From an uncultured Alphaproteobacteria bacterium (GTDB taxonomy: Bacteria > Pseudomonadota > Alphaproteobacteria > Rhodospirillales > Defluviicoccaceae), in NCBI GenBank assembly GCA_963781645.1, contig CAWAGY010000031.1, positions 27,562 through 91,561 of the forward strand: a stretch of DNA of 64,000 bases, read 5' to 3'. The notes beneath the pieces are model-generated. The model saw only the letters and a list, made by a program, of their open reading frames with translations. It was not told the DNA's origin and ran no database searches. Shown here one piece after another: positions 46,445 through 57,081 of this stretch. The position numbers and the translations under genes were made by a program. The number at the start of each line of letters is the position of its first letter. The first letter of the stretch is position 1.

Positions 46445-47884
46445 TCAGTCGTTGAGCAGGCTCTTCATCGCCGATGAAAGCGCGCGTTTGCCGTTGGCGC
46501 GGTAGGCCTCGTGGTTGGCGTCGATGCGGGCGAGATCGTAGCGGTAGTTGATCATCATCCCGGCCGACTGCCGCATGCCGCGCGCCGAGCGGTCGGCCAT
46601 CCAGTTGAGCCGCTCCATGCGGGCGCCGTTGTTCAGATGGAAGTGCGCCACCGGATCGAGCGCCGCGCCGTTCGCGCGCTTCTCCCGCGAGATAGCGGGC
46701 GCAGAGCCGCAAGAGGATCGGCCGCAGCGCCTTCGTCGTCGCCTCGTCGTCGCTCCAGTCGATGCGTCTGCAGCTGCTGCTTCAACCAGCCCTTGCGCCC
46801 TTGGTGACGCCGAGCGCGTGGCCAGCGCCTTGCGCTCGGACGGCGACAGCAGGCCGCGTCGCCCTCGGCGAGCAGCGCCGCTTCAGCCAGGGCACGAACC
46901 CCGGGATCGGCGACAGCGTCGCAAACGTCTTCATGTGCGGAAACTCGTGCGTCAGCTGATCGACCACCCGCTTGATCAGGAAATTGCCGAAGCTGATGCC
47001 GTCGAGGCCGCGCTGGGCGTTGTTGATCGAATAGAAGATGGCGGTGTCGGCGGCTTGCGGGTCGTGCACCGGCGCCTGCGCGATCGAGCAGCGCCTGGAC
47101 GTTGCCGGCGATGCCGTCGACCAGGGCGACCTCGACGAAGATCAGCGGCTCGTTCGGCATGCGTCGGATGGAAAAAGGCGAAGTAGCGGCGGTCGTAGTC
47201 GAGCCGGTTCTTCAGATCGTCCCAGCTCTCGATCGGATGCACCGCCTCGTAGGCGATCAGCTTTCCAGCAGCGCGCCGGACGCGGTATCCCAGGTGATCC
47301 GCCTGCAGTTCGAGGAAATCGACATCGAACCAGGTGGCGAGCAGGCCCGGAGATCTTCCTCCAGGTGGCGAGGCCCGTATCGGTGCGGGCGAGCGGCAAC
47401 AGCTCCGCGCGCAGGTTGACGAGGAACTTCACCCCTTCCGGCAGGCTGTTGAACTGGGTCAGGAGATTCAGCCTGGGCGCCTCCAGCGCCTGGCGCAGCT
47501 GCCGGCGGGCTCGCAGTCCGGCGTCCGGCGTCTTTGCCTGTTTGAGGGCCGGCATCGCCTCGTTGACCTCCGCCTCGTCGACGTCGAAGTCCTCGGCGAG
47601 GATGCGGAGAAAACGCTCGCGCCCGGTCGCGTCCAGCGCCAGATAGGCGCGGCCGAGCGCGGCCGCCCGGGCGCGCGCCGCCACCTCGCCGCCGCGCCGT
47701 CGAGACAGGCGCGCATCTGCTCGCGGATTTTGACGATATCGTCGTCGGGGAGTTCCGGCCGCGTGCTCGCCCACTCGTCGTCGTACTCGGCGCCGGCGAT
47801 GGTCTGCCAGCGGAAGCGCAGCGTGCGCATCGCCTGCTTGAAGAAGCTTCGCGGTTCCTCTGCCTTGACCAGCGTCTTGACCAT
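46445..47884 (-). CDS. mcd: Malonyl-CoA decarboxylase (multiple frameshifts)
   Basis: Fragments [47 protein letters not shown] and [10 protein letters not shown]...GMMINY. Confidence 0.9.
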
Positions 47885-47981
47885 CGGATCCCTTTCCGGT
47901 GCAAACGAGAGTATGGGGTTGCCGGGAGGGCTTCGGCAATGCCGGCCATGTGGTTACCGCTGCACCTCATCCGCGGCGCCT

Positions 47982-49465
47982 TCATAGGGCCGCCTTGCAG
48001 AGCCGCCTTCACCGGCGGCGATTCGGTGAGCAGGTCCTCGGCGATCAGGCCGGGGCCGAAGCGGCGCGCCGCCTCGCCGTGCATCCAGGCCGCCGCCGCC
48101 GCCGCCTCGAAGGCCGGCATGCCTTGCGCGAGGAGCCCGGTGATCATTCCGGCGAGAACGTCGCCGGCGCCGGCGGTGGCAAGATCGGCCGGCGCATTGT
48201 GATTGACCGCGGCGCGGCCGTCGGGTGCGGCGATCACCGTGTCCGCCCCCTTGAGGAGAACGACGGCGCCGCTCGTCCGGGATGCTTCGCGGGCGCGGGC
48301 GAGCTTGTCGCCCGAGGGATCGAACAGCCGGCGGAACTCGCCCTCGTGCGGTGTCAGCACACACGGTCCCTGCACCTTAGCGAACAGCGCCGGTGGATCG
48401 TCGGCGAAGACGGTCAGCCCATCGGCATCGAGGACACCCGGCTTGCCGGTCGCGAGCGCCGCCTCGACGCCGGCGCGGGTGGCGGCATCGATGCCGGCGC
48501 CGGGTCCGATCAGCCATGCGCGTCCGCTTCCGATCGGCGACCAGCCGAGCGTAGGCCTCGGCGTCGTCGAAGGGGGAGACGATGGTGCCGGGCGAGCCGG
48601 CGGCGTAAAGGGCGAAGGCCCGGCGCGGGCAGGCGATGCTGACGAGGCCGGCACCGATGCGGCGGGCCGCATCCGCCGCCAGGCGCCCCGCACCGGTCAT
48701 CTCTGCGCCGCCGCGGACGAGGGCATGGCCGCGGCCGTACTTGTTGCCGGCGGCGGCGGGCGACGGGAATCGGTCGCGCCACAGCGCCGGATCGTTGGCG
48801 AAGGTGGTGGGGCGGATGTCGGCGAGGACAGAATCGGGGATGCCGATGTCGGCGACGACGAGATCGCCCGCAAGGCCGCGGCCGGGATAAAGGAGGTGGC
48901 CCGGCTTCGCCCGGAAGAAGGTCACCGTCAGCCGGCAGGCGGGCGCCACCCCGCGGTTCTCGCCGCCCATGATCTCACCGGTATCGCCCGCCACGCCCGA
49001 TGGCACGTCGATGCCGACGCAATCGAGTGCGCGTTCGTTGACGGCTTTGAGGACCGCCGCCGCCTCGCCCTCGATCGGTCTGGCGAGGCCGGCGCCGAAC
49101 AGGGCGTCGACGACGAGCGGTTCGCGCGCCAGCGCCGCCGTCGTCACCTCGCCGATCGGCCCCTGCAAGCGCCGGGCGTTGATGCGGGCGTCGCCCTTCA
49201 GGGCATCGGGTGATCCGAGCAGGAAGATCCGGACCGGCCAGCCGCGCGCCGCCAGCAGCCGGGCGACGACGAACCCATCCCCGCCGTTGTTGCCCGGCCC
49301 CGCAAGGACGGCGACCGGTCGCGGCGAAAAGCGGCGGCGGATCGCGCGGGCGACCGAACCGCCCGCCGCTTCCATTAGCGTCAGGCTCGGCACGCCGGCC
49401 GCGGCGGCGGCGGCGGCATCCGCCCGATACATCTCGGCGACGCTGAGGAGCGCATGGGGGAGCAC
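47982..49465 (-). CDS. nnr: Bifunctional NAD(P)H-hydrate epimerase/dehydratase (frameshifts; 3' end approximate)
   Basis: [38 protein letters not shown] and [12 protein letters not shown]. Confidence 0.9.
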
Positions 49466-49629
49466 GGCGGAACTCGCGGCGGACAGCGACCAGTCCCGCC
49501 GAGCATACCGGCAACGGTTGCCGAGGCAAAGCCGCCCGGGCCTATCCGGGGAGAAACCGAGCCTGTAGCATCGCCCTACGACGAGCCGGAGGGATAGATG
49601 GCCTTATTGCTCACCCAGGCGAACCCCGG

Positions 49630-50886
49630 ATGACCGTCGTCGTCATCGGCGCCGGTGTCGTCGGCGTCGCCACCGCCTACTACCTAGCCCGCGACGGTGC
49701 GTCCGTCATCGTCATCGATCGGCAGCCGGGGGCCGGGCTCGAGACCAGCTACGCCAACGGCGGCCAGATCTCGGCCAATCACGCGGCCCCTGGGCGGCAC
49801 CGGGAACGCCGTGGAAGGCCCTCGGGTGGCTCGGCCGCAGCGATGCGCCCCTCCTCTTCCATCTGCGCTGGGACCCCGCCCTGTTCGCCTGGCTCGTCCG
49901 CTTCCTCGCCAACTGCACCGAGACTGCCGTCCGCCGCAACATCGAGCGCGCGCTCGCGCTCGCCCTTTACAGCCGCCGCCAGCTCCTCCTGTTGCGGGAG
50001 GAGACGGGCCTGCATTACGACGAGCTGAGCCGCGGCATCCTCCACATCTTCCGCAATCCCGCCGACTATCGCGACGGCACTCCCGCAGGTCGAGCTGATG
50101 AATCGGCTCGGCTGCACGCGGCGGGTGGTCGATGCCGCCCGATGCGTCGCCATCGAGCCGGCGCTGGCCCGCATCGAGGCCTCGCTGATCGGCGGCGTGT
50201 TTTCACCCGATGACGAGATCGGGCGATGCGCACAAGTTCACCCGCGGCCTCGCCCGACTCGCCGCCGCCCGCGGCGTCGACTTCCGCTATCAGACGAAGG
50301 TGCTGTCGCTGGCCACGGCCGCCGGCCGCGTCACCGCCGTCGACACCGATCGCGGGCCGATACGGGGCGACGCCTACGTGTTGGCCGCCGGCAGCTATTC
50401 GCCATTGCTGCTCAAGCCGCTCGGCATCGCACTGCCGGTCTATCCGGCGAAGGGCTACTCGGTGACGATCCCGATCGGCGAGGCAGGCGTGGCACCGGTG
50501 GTCGCCCTGATCGACGACGAGTTCAAGATGGTCTACGCGCGGCTCGGCGACCGGCTGCGCATCGCCGGCACCGCCGAGTTCACCGGCTACGACGCGTCCG
50601 TCAACGAGACGCCGCGCGCGGTTCCTCCTCGGCAAGGCGGTCGAGCTGTTTCCCGATTGCGGCGATATCGGCCGCGCCGAGTTCTGGGCCGGGCTCAGGC
50701 CGTCGACGCCCGACGGCATGCCGGTGATCGGCCCCACCCGCTTCCCCAACCTGTTCCTCAACACCGGCCACGGCACCCTCGGCTGGACCATGGCCTGCGG
50801 CTCCGCCCGCCTCGTCGCCGACCTGGTCCAGGGCCGCGACCCCCGACATCCCCGTCGCCGGCCTCGCCATCGACCGCTTCCGCTGA
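49630..50886 (+). CDS. dadA: D-amino acid dehydrogenase (multiple frameshifts)
   Basis: [35 protein letters not shown] and [15 protein letters not shown]. Confidence 0.88.
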
Positions 50887-50925
50887 ACCATTCTTCAAGG
50901 CGGACATGCAGGGTGAGGTCGCGGC

Positions 50926-50951
50926 GCGGAATAGCCGGAGGCGTATTCCGC
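50926..50951 (+). repeat. REP-like palindrome (left copy)
   Basis: GCGGAATAGCCGGAGGCGTATTCCGC, the same family as 52625-52657 in inverted orientation. Confidence 0.65.
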
Positions 50952-51001
50952 CGGATGGCGGCATCGAGTATCGTCACAACACGATACGGGGAGGACCGAT
51001 G

Positions 51002-52103
51002 CGTGCCTATCCGCTTGACGCATACACCCACTAGGGATAGATTGTGTGCGTGAAGCGGATAGTGAGCCATGGCCGTTCTCGACCGAACCGACCTGCCATT
51101 CCCGAGAGATCGCTCCCTGAGTTTCAGCGACTTTTCCCCGACGATGCGACCTGCGCCGCCTACCTGGAAAAAGCTCGCTGGGGTGACGGGTTCGCCTGCC
51201 CGCACTGCGGCGTCGTGGGTGAACCTTTCCGCATCGCCACGCGGCCTGGCGTCCTGACCTGTCGCGCTTGCCGCCGCCAGACGGGATTGACCGTCGGCAC
51301 GGTCATGGAGCGCAGCCACACGCCTTTGAGCACGTGGTTTTGGGCTGCCTATATGGTCGCCAGCCAGACGCCGGGCATGTCGGCGGTGCAGTTTCAGCGG
51401 CAGCTTGGGCTGACGCGGTACGAAACCGCCTTCGGCATCCTGCATAAGCTCCGCGCGGGTATGGTGCGGCCCGATCAGGACCGGATCGGTGCCAGGGCAG
51501 GAGAGCATGTCGAGGTGGACGAAACCTACGTTGGAGGCCGGACGCGTGGTGAAGGCCGAGGCGTTCACCACAAGACGCTGGTGACTGCTGCCGTCGAAGT
51601 CCGCCACAGGGAGCCCGGCACCGCGCAGGACAAGCGGAAGGACGGCCGCTACGCCGGGCGCGTGCGGCTGTCCGTCGCTGCCGACCGCAGCGCCGATTTG
51701 CTGTGTGGCTTCGTCGAGAGCGCCGTTATGCCGGGGTCGCTGATCGTCACCGACGATTGGAGCGGCTATGGCAGCTTGCGGGCACGCGGCTATGATCACC
51801 ACGCCATTGCCGAATGCGGCGATCCCGAGGTGGCCGAAGAGTTCATGCCGATCATCCACCTCGTCTTCAGCAACCTGAAAACCTGGATCAATGGCATCCA
51901 CCACGGCGTAAGCGCGAAGCATCTACAAGCCTATCTCAACGAGTTCACGTTCCGCTTCAACAGACGGTTCTACCCGTTCAACGCCTTCCGCTCGCTCCTC
52001 GGCATCGCCGGCGGAGTTGAGGCGCCGACCTACTCTGGGCTCTATTCAGGTGAGTGGACGCATCCTACATGTAGTGGATGTCTGTCATAACCGGATAGGC
52101 ACG
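51002..52103 (+). mobile_element. IS1595-family element (ISSod11-like ends), copy 1
   Basis: Terminal IRs CGTGCCTATCCG / CGGATAGGCACG. Internal promoter TTGACG-N17-TAGATT (51015-51043). Near-identical to 53027-54126. Confidence 0.9.
51069..52090 (+). CDS. IS1595-family transposase (2-nt insertion near 51105 relative to copy 2)
   Basis: CPHCG...CRAC zinc ribbon, VEVDETY, VTDDW, HHGVS and YLNEFTFRFNRR. Confidence 0.88.
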
Positions 52104-52184
52104 GAGATCGAAGATCTTGTTGCAGTCGGCAGCGCGCACGGCAATACTTTCGCTGACCGAGCAGAGGTCGACCCTAATGCGCCG

Positions 52185-52600
52185 CCAAGCGGTGCGGCGT
52201 GTTCGCACCGCCGCGGCCATTCACCATCGATCGCCTGGGTCGTCCTTCCCGATCACCTGCACGCCGTTTGGACTTTGCCGGTGGGACGATGACGACTTTC
52301 GACCCGGTGGCGCCTGATCAAGAGCTTTTTCGTGCGCGGCCTGCCGGCGACGGAGCGGCTGTCCCGCGTCCGACGAAACGCCGGAGAACGAGGCGTCTGG
52401 CAGCGCCGCTTCTGGGAGCACGCGATCCGCGACGACGCCGATGTTTGCGGCGCACGTGGACTACGTCCACTTCAACCCGGTCAGGCATGGCCTCGTCGCG
52501 ACGCCCGCCGAGTGGCCGTACTCGACATTGAAGACCGCCGTCGGCCGCGGTTCATCCGCGCACTGGGTCGGCACCGGCGTTCAGGAGTGTGCCCGCTGGC
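52185..52600 (+). pseudogene. REP-associated tyrosine transposase (RAYT) remnant
   Basis: Frameshifted RPFTIDAWVVLPDHLHAVWTLP (HUH), [13 protein letters not shown] and [15 protein letters not shown]...WPYS. A possible N-terminal [10 protein letters not shown] lies at 50967-50996, left of the IS. Confidence 0.8.
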
Positions 52601-52624
52601 GAAGCCGGCGCGATGAACCCATGC

Positions 52625-52725
52625 GTCGGAATACGCCTCGCGGCTATTCCGACCTACGGGACTACGGACCAGCTCGCAAGCGAACTCGGCGCTATGAACG
52701 GGAATACGCCTGCGGTTATTCCGAC
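52625..52725 (-). repeat. GTAG-type REP palindromes (two copies)
   Basis: Reverse complement GTAGGTCGGAATAGCCGCGAGGCGTATTCCGAC (52625-52657), plus a degenerate copy GGAATACGCCTGCGGTTATTCCGAC (52701-52725). Confidence 0.75.
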
Positions 52726-53026
52726 GGCAGGATGCTCATTACACGGCTCTTTACCAAATGACGGATAAAGTTTCTCAAAACGTGACTCTGTTGGTATAAT
52801 ATTTTGCCTATAATCGCTCGCCACAGATACAGCCGCAAATAAAGAAGCAAATGTCGACGCAGCGCGCCCACCGCGTCTGCCGATCATTAGAGGGTTGCTT
52901 AGATCCTCCCATCGCATTTAGTGAGTTATAATTGTCATCAATCCGATCGCGGTTCAAAGTAAATGAGTGTGCGACTGTCATTTCTCGCTTTATTGAGCAA
53001 TTCGATGGTACGTAACATCGTCGGAT

Positions 53027-54126
53027 CGTGCCTATCCGCTTGACGCATACACCCACTAGGGATAGATTGTGTGCGTGAAGCGGATAGTGAGCCATGGACG
53101 TTCTCGACCGAACCGACCTGCCATTCCCGAGATCGCTCCCTGAGTTTCAGCGACTTTTCCCCGACGATGCGACCTGCGCCGCCTACCTGGAAAAAGCTCG
53201 CTGGGGTGACGGGTTCGCCTGCCCGCACTGCGGCGTCGTGGGTGAACCTTTCCGCATCGCCACGCGGCCTGGCGTCCTGACCTGTCGCGCTTGCCGCCGC
53301 CAGACGGGATTGACCGTCGGCACGGTCATGGAGCGCAGCCACACGCCTTTGAGCACGTGGTTTTGGGCTGCCTATATGGTCGCCAGCCAGACGCCGGGCA
53401 TGTCGGCGGTGCAGTTTCAGCGGCAGCTTGGGCTGACGCGGTACGAAACCGCCTTCGGCATCCTGCATAAGCTCCGCGCGGGTATGGTGCGGCCCGATCA
53501 GGACCGGATCGGTGCCAGGGCAGGAGAGCATGTCGAGGTGGACGAAACCTACGTTGGAGGCCGGACGCGTGGTGAAGGCCGAGGCGTTCACCACAAGACG
53601 CTGGTGACTGCTGCCGTCGAAGTCCGCCACAGGGAGCCCGGCACCGCGCAGGACAAGCGGAAGGACGGCCGCTACGCCGGGCGCGTGCGGCTGTCCGTCG
53701 TTGCCGACCGCAGCGCCGATTTGCTGTGTGGCTTCGTCGAGAGCGCCGTTATGCCGGGGTCGCTGATCGTCACCGACGATTGGAGCGGCTATGGCAGCTT
53801 GCGGACACGCGGCTATGATCACCACGCCATTGCCGAATGCGGCGATCCCGAGGTGGCCGAAGAGTTCATGCCGATCATCCACCTCGTCTTCAGCAACCTG
53901 AAAACCTGGATCAATGGCATCCACCACGGCGTAAGCGCGAAGCATCTACAAGCCTATCTCAACGAGTTCACGTTCCGCTTCAACAGACGGTTCTACCCGT
54001 TCAACGCCTTCCGCTCGCTCCTCGGCATCGCCGGCGGAGTTGAGGCGCCGACCTACTCTGGGCTCTATTCAGGTGAGTGGACGCATCCTACATGTAGTGG
54101 ATGTCTGTCATAACCGGATAGGCACG
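53027..54126 (+). mobile_element. IS1595-family element, copy 2
   Basis: Same IRs and nearly the same sequence as copy 1. Confidence 0.92.
53094..54113 (+). CDS. IS1595-family transposase (intact)
   Basis: 339-aa ORF with zinc ribbon and DDE-type motifs. Confidence 0.92.
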   Translation: MDVLDRTDLPFPRSLPEFQRLFPDDATCAAYLEKARWGDGFACPHCGVVGEPFRIATRPGVLTCRACRRQTGLTVGTVMERSHTPLSTWFWAAYMVASQTPGMSAVQFQRQLGLTRYETAFGILHKLRAGMVRPDQDRIGARAGEHVEVDETYVGGRTRGEGRGVHHKTLVTAAVEVRHREPGTAQDKRKDGRYAGRVRLSVVADRSADLLCGFVESAVMPGSLIVTDDWSGYGSLRTRGYDHHAIAECGDPEVAEEFMPIIHLVFSNLKTWINGIHHGVSAKHLQAYLNEFTFRFNRRFYPFNAFRSLLGIAGGVEAPTYSGLYSGEWTHPTCSGCLS

Positions 54127-54163
54127 GTTCACGTGAGGGGAGTTAAGGGATCAGTCTTATCGC

Positions 54164-55114
54164 TTATCCGGTTGGGCCCAGTTGGACGATTTCCTTGTAG
54201 GTTCTTGGCTTGATGGTCATTGCGATACCGAGGAGGGAAGCGAAGCTGGCGTGCCGGTTGTGGCGTCGATTGAATCGGAACACGAACTCATCGAGGTAGG
54301 TCTTCAAGTGTTTGCGCCGCAGGCCATGATAGACGCCGAGCGCCCATGTCTTGAGGTTGGAGAAGACGCGATGGATGCCGGGCAGAACGACGTGGGCGGC
54401 CATGGTTCCGACGACATGGGGCTCGTGGGTGACGTTCGGCGCGCCGAGATAGGCTGCGAGCCCATCGGTTTTGACGATGCTGCCGGGTGCGGTGTTCGCT
54501 GCGATAAAGGCATGCAGGGAGTTCCTGGCGAAATCCGCGATCGGCGCGAGACGCATGCGCCCGAGCGTGAGTTTGTTGTTTTTGCCGTTGACGACTTCGA
54601 CGGCGGCGATGAGCAGGAGCTTGCCATCGTGGCTTCTTCCCTGCCCTCCGGCAGGCGGATCGTCCCTGGTGCGAAAGGGGATCGTCGTCTCGTCCGCCTC
54701 GACGAAGCCGGAAAGCGGGGTCCGCTCGGGCGCGATCATCGCCGCCCTGAGCTTCATCGAAAGGAGCCAGTAGGAAGCGATGGCGAGCTCGCTCTGCAGC
54801 TGTTTTGCGGACATGCCGTTGGAATGGGTCGCAACCAGATAGGCCGCCCAAAACCACACGCTGAGCGGCAGGTGGGTGCGGTGCATGACCGTGCCGGCGG
54901 TGACCGACGTCTCCTTGCCGCAGCCTTTGCAGCCGAAGGTGAGGGGCGTGCGGCTCGGCAAACGCCACGCCTCCCGCCCGCCGCAACGCGGGCAGGCGAA
55001 GCCCTCCGGCCAGCGCGTGCGCGCCAGATGCTCGCCGCACGCGGCGGCGTCGGGAAAGCGTCTCTGGAACTCACGAAGCGAGCGGGGATAATCGGCCATG
55101 AGCGCGTCCTCCAC
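54164..55114 (-). CDS. IS1595-family transposase
   Basis: CPRCG...CKGC, VEADET, KTDG, VYHG and YLDEFVFRFNRR. Confidence 0.88.
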   Translation of the reverse strand: MEDALMADYPRSLREFQRRFPDAAACGEHLARTRWPEGFACPRCGGREAWRLPSRTPLTFGCKGCGKETSVTAGTVMHRTHLPLSVWFWAAYLVATHSNGMSAKQLQSELAIASYWLLSMKLRAAMIAPERTPLSGFVEADETTIPFRTRDDPPAGGQGRSHDGKLLLIAAVEVVNGKNNKLTLGRMRLAPIADFARNSLHAFIAANTAPGSIVKTDGLAAYLGAPNVTHEPHVVGTMAAHVVLPGIHRVFSNLKTWALGVYHGLRRKHLKTYLDEFVFRFNRRHNRHASFASLLGIAMTIKPRTYKEIVQLGPTG

Positions 55115-55121
55115 GGCGTAT

Positions 55122-55136
55122 GTTCATGATCCGTTC
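55122..55136. promoter_or_regulatory. LexA box upstream of the IS1595 transposase
   Basis: GTTCatgatccGTTC, 8 bp upstream of the ORF start, inside the element. Confidence 0.55.
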
Positions 55137-55285
55137 TATCCTGCACACGCGCCGCTCGCCACAAGGGATTGGAGCTGGGAGATCGCGCTGGGTTCAACCG
55201 GATAAGCAATTCAGCGATTCGTAAGCGGCCTGAAGGGCCGGGCGCTTTTGTTTTGCCTGACGTAGCTGCATATGAAACTCTAATA

Positions 55286-55493
55286 TCAGTAGATTGCCTT
55301 GAAGATGTCAGCCTTGTGCTCCGCGAAAGCGTCCTCGCTCAAGCTGGCCAGAACATCCTGTGAGTTGCCAAACGATGCCGCCCATCGCGGCTCGGAGTTC
55401 GAGTTCTTCGAGCAGGATCGCGCCGAGAGCCTCCTGCTCCGCCGGCGGCGGCTTCGACATCTCGTCTAGCGCCTTTGCAAGCAACTGGTTCAT
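55286..55493 (-). pseudogene. Putative antitoxin-like small protein (frameshifted)
   Basis: MNQLLAKALDEMSK...EQEALGAILLEEL joined to SEPRWAASFGNSQDVLASLSEDAFAEHKA resembles small addiction-module proteins. No intact toxin downstream. Confidence 0.4.
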
Positions 55494-55726
55494 CGCAACC
55501 CTCCTCCGCGCATCGGGGACAGCATACATTACGGAGCGATCGTCCCTTCGAGAAAACAGCAGGCGAAATTTCGATTGCGCTTCGCTCCCTTCGGGCCTGC
55601 GTCTGCGTGTGCAGCAGATTCTGGCCGAACTACGGCGGCGGCGCCGCCGCACGCTGTGGCGGGGCGGGGGCGATCGGCTTATTGTCGGGGCGGTCGACGA
55701 GGCCGTGGGCGGTTGCGGGGCGTGCC

Positions 55727-56639
55727 ATGAAGATGCATCAGGTCCGCTATTTTCTGGCGGTGGCGGAGGAGCTCAACTTCACGCGGGCGTCGGAGAAGTG
55801 CAACGTCTCCCAGCCGCTCGTTGTCGCGGGCGATCATGCAGCTGGAAGACGAGCTGGGCGGTCCCCTCTTCCATCGCGAGCGCAACGCCACCCATCTCTC
55901 AGAGCGTGGCCCCATGGTGCGCCCATACATGGAACGCGTCTACGACCAGTCGCAGCGGGCGAAGCGCGTCTCCGAGGACTACCGGAAGATGCGGCGGGTG
56001 CCGCTGAAGCTGGGCATCATGAGCACGATCTCGCCCCACAAGATCGTCGATCTGATCGCCGCCTTGAAGAATCGCCATGCCGGCCTGGAGCTGAAGCTGT
56101 GCGACGCCAGTGCCGCGGATCTGCGCAAGCGCCTGCTGGACGGCGACCTGGATGTCGCCATCTACGCGCTGCCGGGCGACGAGGCCGCGGAAGGCCTGCA
56201 CACGATCCCGCTGTTCCGCGAGCAGATGGTGATCGCCGTGCATCACGGCCACCGGTTCGCCAACGAACCCGCGGTGCCGGTCTGCCGGCTGAACGGCGAG
56301 AGCTACATCCACCGGGTCAACTGCGAATTCGCCGGCTACGCCGATCGCATCCTCGCCGAACAAGGGGTGACCTGCTCGCCTTCTTACTGGAGCGAGCGCG
56401 ACGACTGGACCTTGGCGATGGTGGCGGCCGGTCTCGGCTTCGGCTTCATGCCGACCAACGCTGTCCGTCACCCGGGCGTCATCGGCCTGCCGGTGATCGA
56501 GCCGGAGTTCTGGCGCGAGGTCAACCTGGTCAGTGTCCGCGGCCCGCCCCACTCGCCCGGCGTCGGCACGCTGGTACGGGAAGCCATGCGCAAGTCGTGG
56601 TTCGGCCGCCGCCCGGCCGCCTCCCGCGCCGCGGTCTGA
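55727..56639 (+). CDS. LysR-family regulator (frameshift near 55820)
   Basis: MKMHQVRYFLAVAEELNFTRASEKCNVSQP joined to LSRAIMQLEDELG, with LAMVAAGLG. Confidence 0.9.
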
Positions 56640-57081
56640 AAGACCGCGCGGCGCGGCAGGGTCGCCGGGGCTCGACCTCGACCGCTTCGACTGATCCCTT
56701 CTTCGTACTCGTCCGGACGGCAATGCGCCGACGGCGACCAGCCGGCGAGCAACAAGGCTGGCTGACCCGATGCCGGACAAATGCGCCCGTGCCGTCGCCG
56801 GGACGCGCCCGCGACCCTTCTCCGGCTTCGCGCAATATCCCGTTCGCGGCGTTTCTACCGGGCGATGCCCGCATCCGGTATGGCACGCATCTCGACCTGT
56901 AGCGGTTGCGAGGACGCCTGTTCGCCGAGATCCTGCGAAGCAAATCACTGCCATTGGAAAGCGCGTCAGGATTGAGCGGCAGCTTCGGCGGGGTATCTTT
57001 TCCGGCCTTGAAGACCGGCCATCTGGGATATGTCGGTTGATATGAGGGTAGCTGGATGGGTTGTTATCGAAAGGGAAGGTA

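Larger units (their letters stand above)
54159..55210 (-). mobile_element. IS1595-family element, distinct third element
   Basis: IRs GCTTATCCGGTTG (54162) / CAACCGGATAAGC (to 55207). Confidence 0.85.

Noticed and set aside
50066-53945. Long minus-strand ORFs 50066..51922 and 52938..53945
   Set aside because: They are antisense to the IS1595 transposases and are duplicated only because the IS is duplicated.
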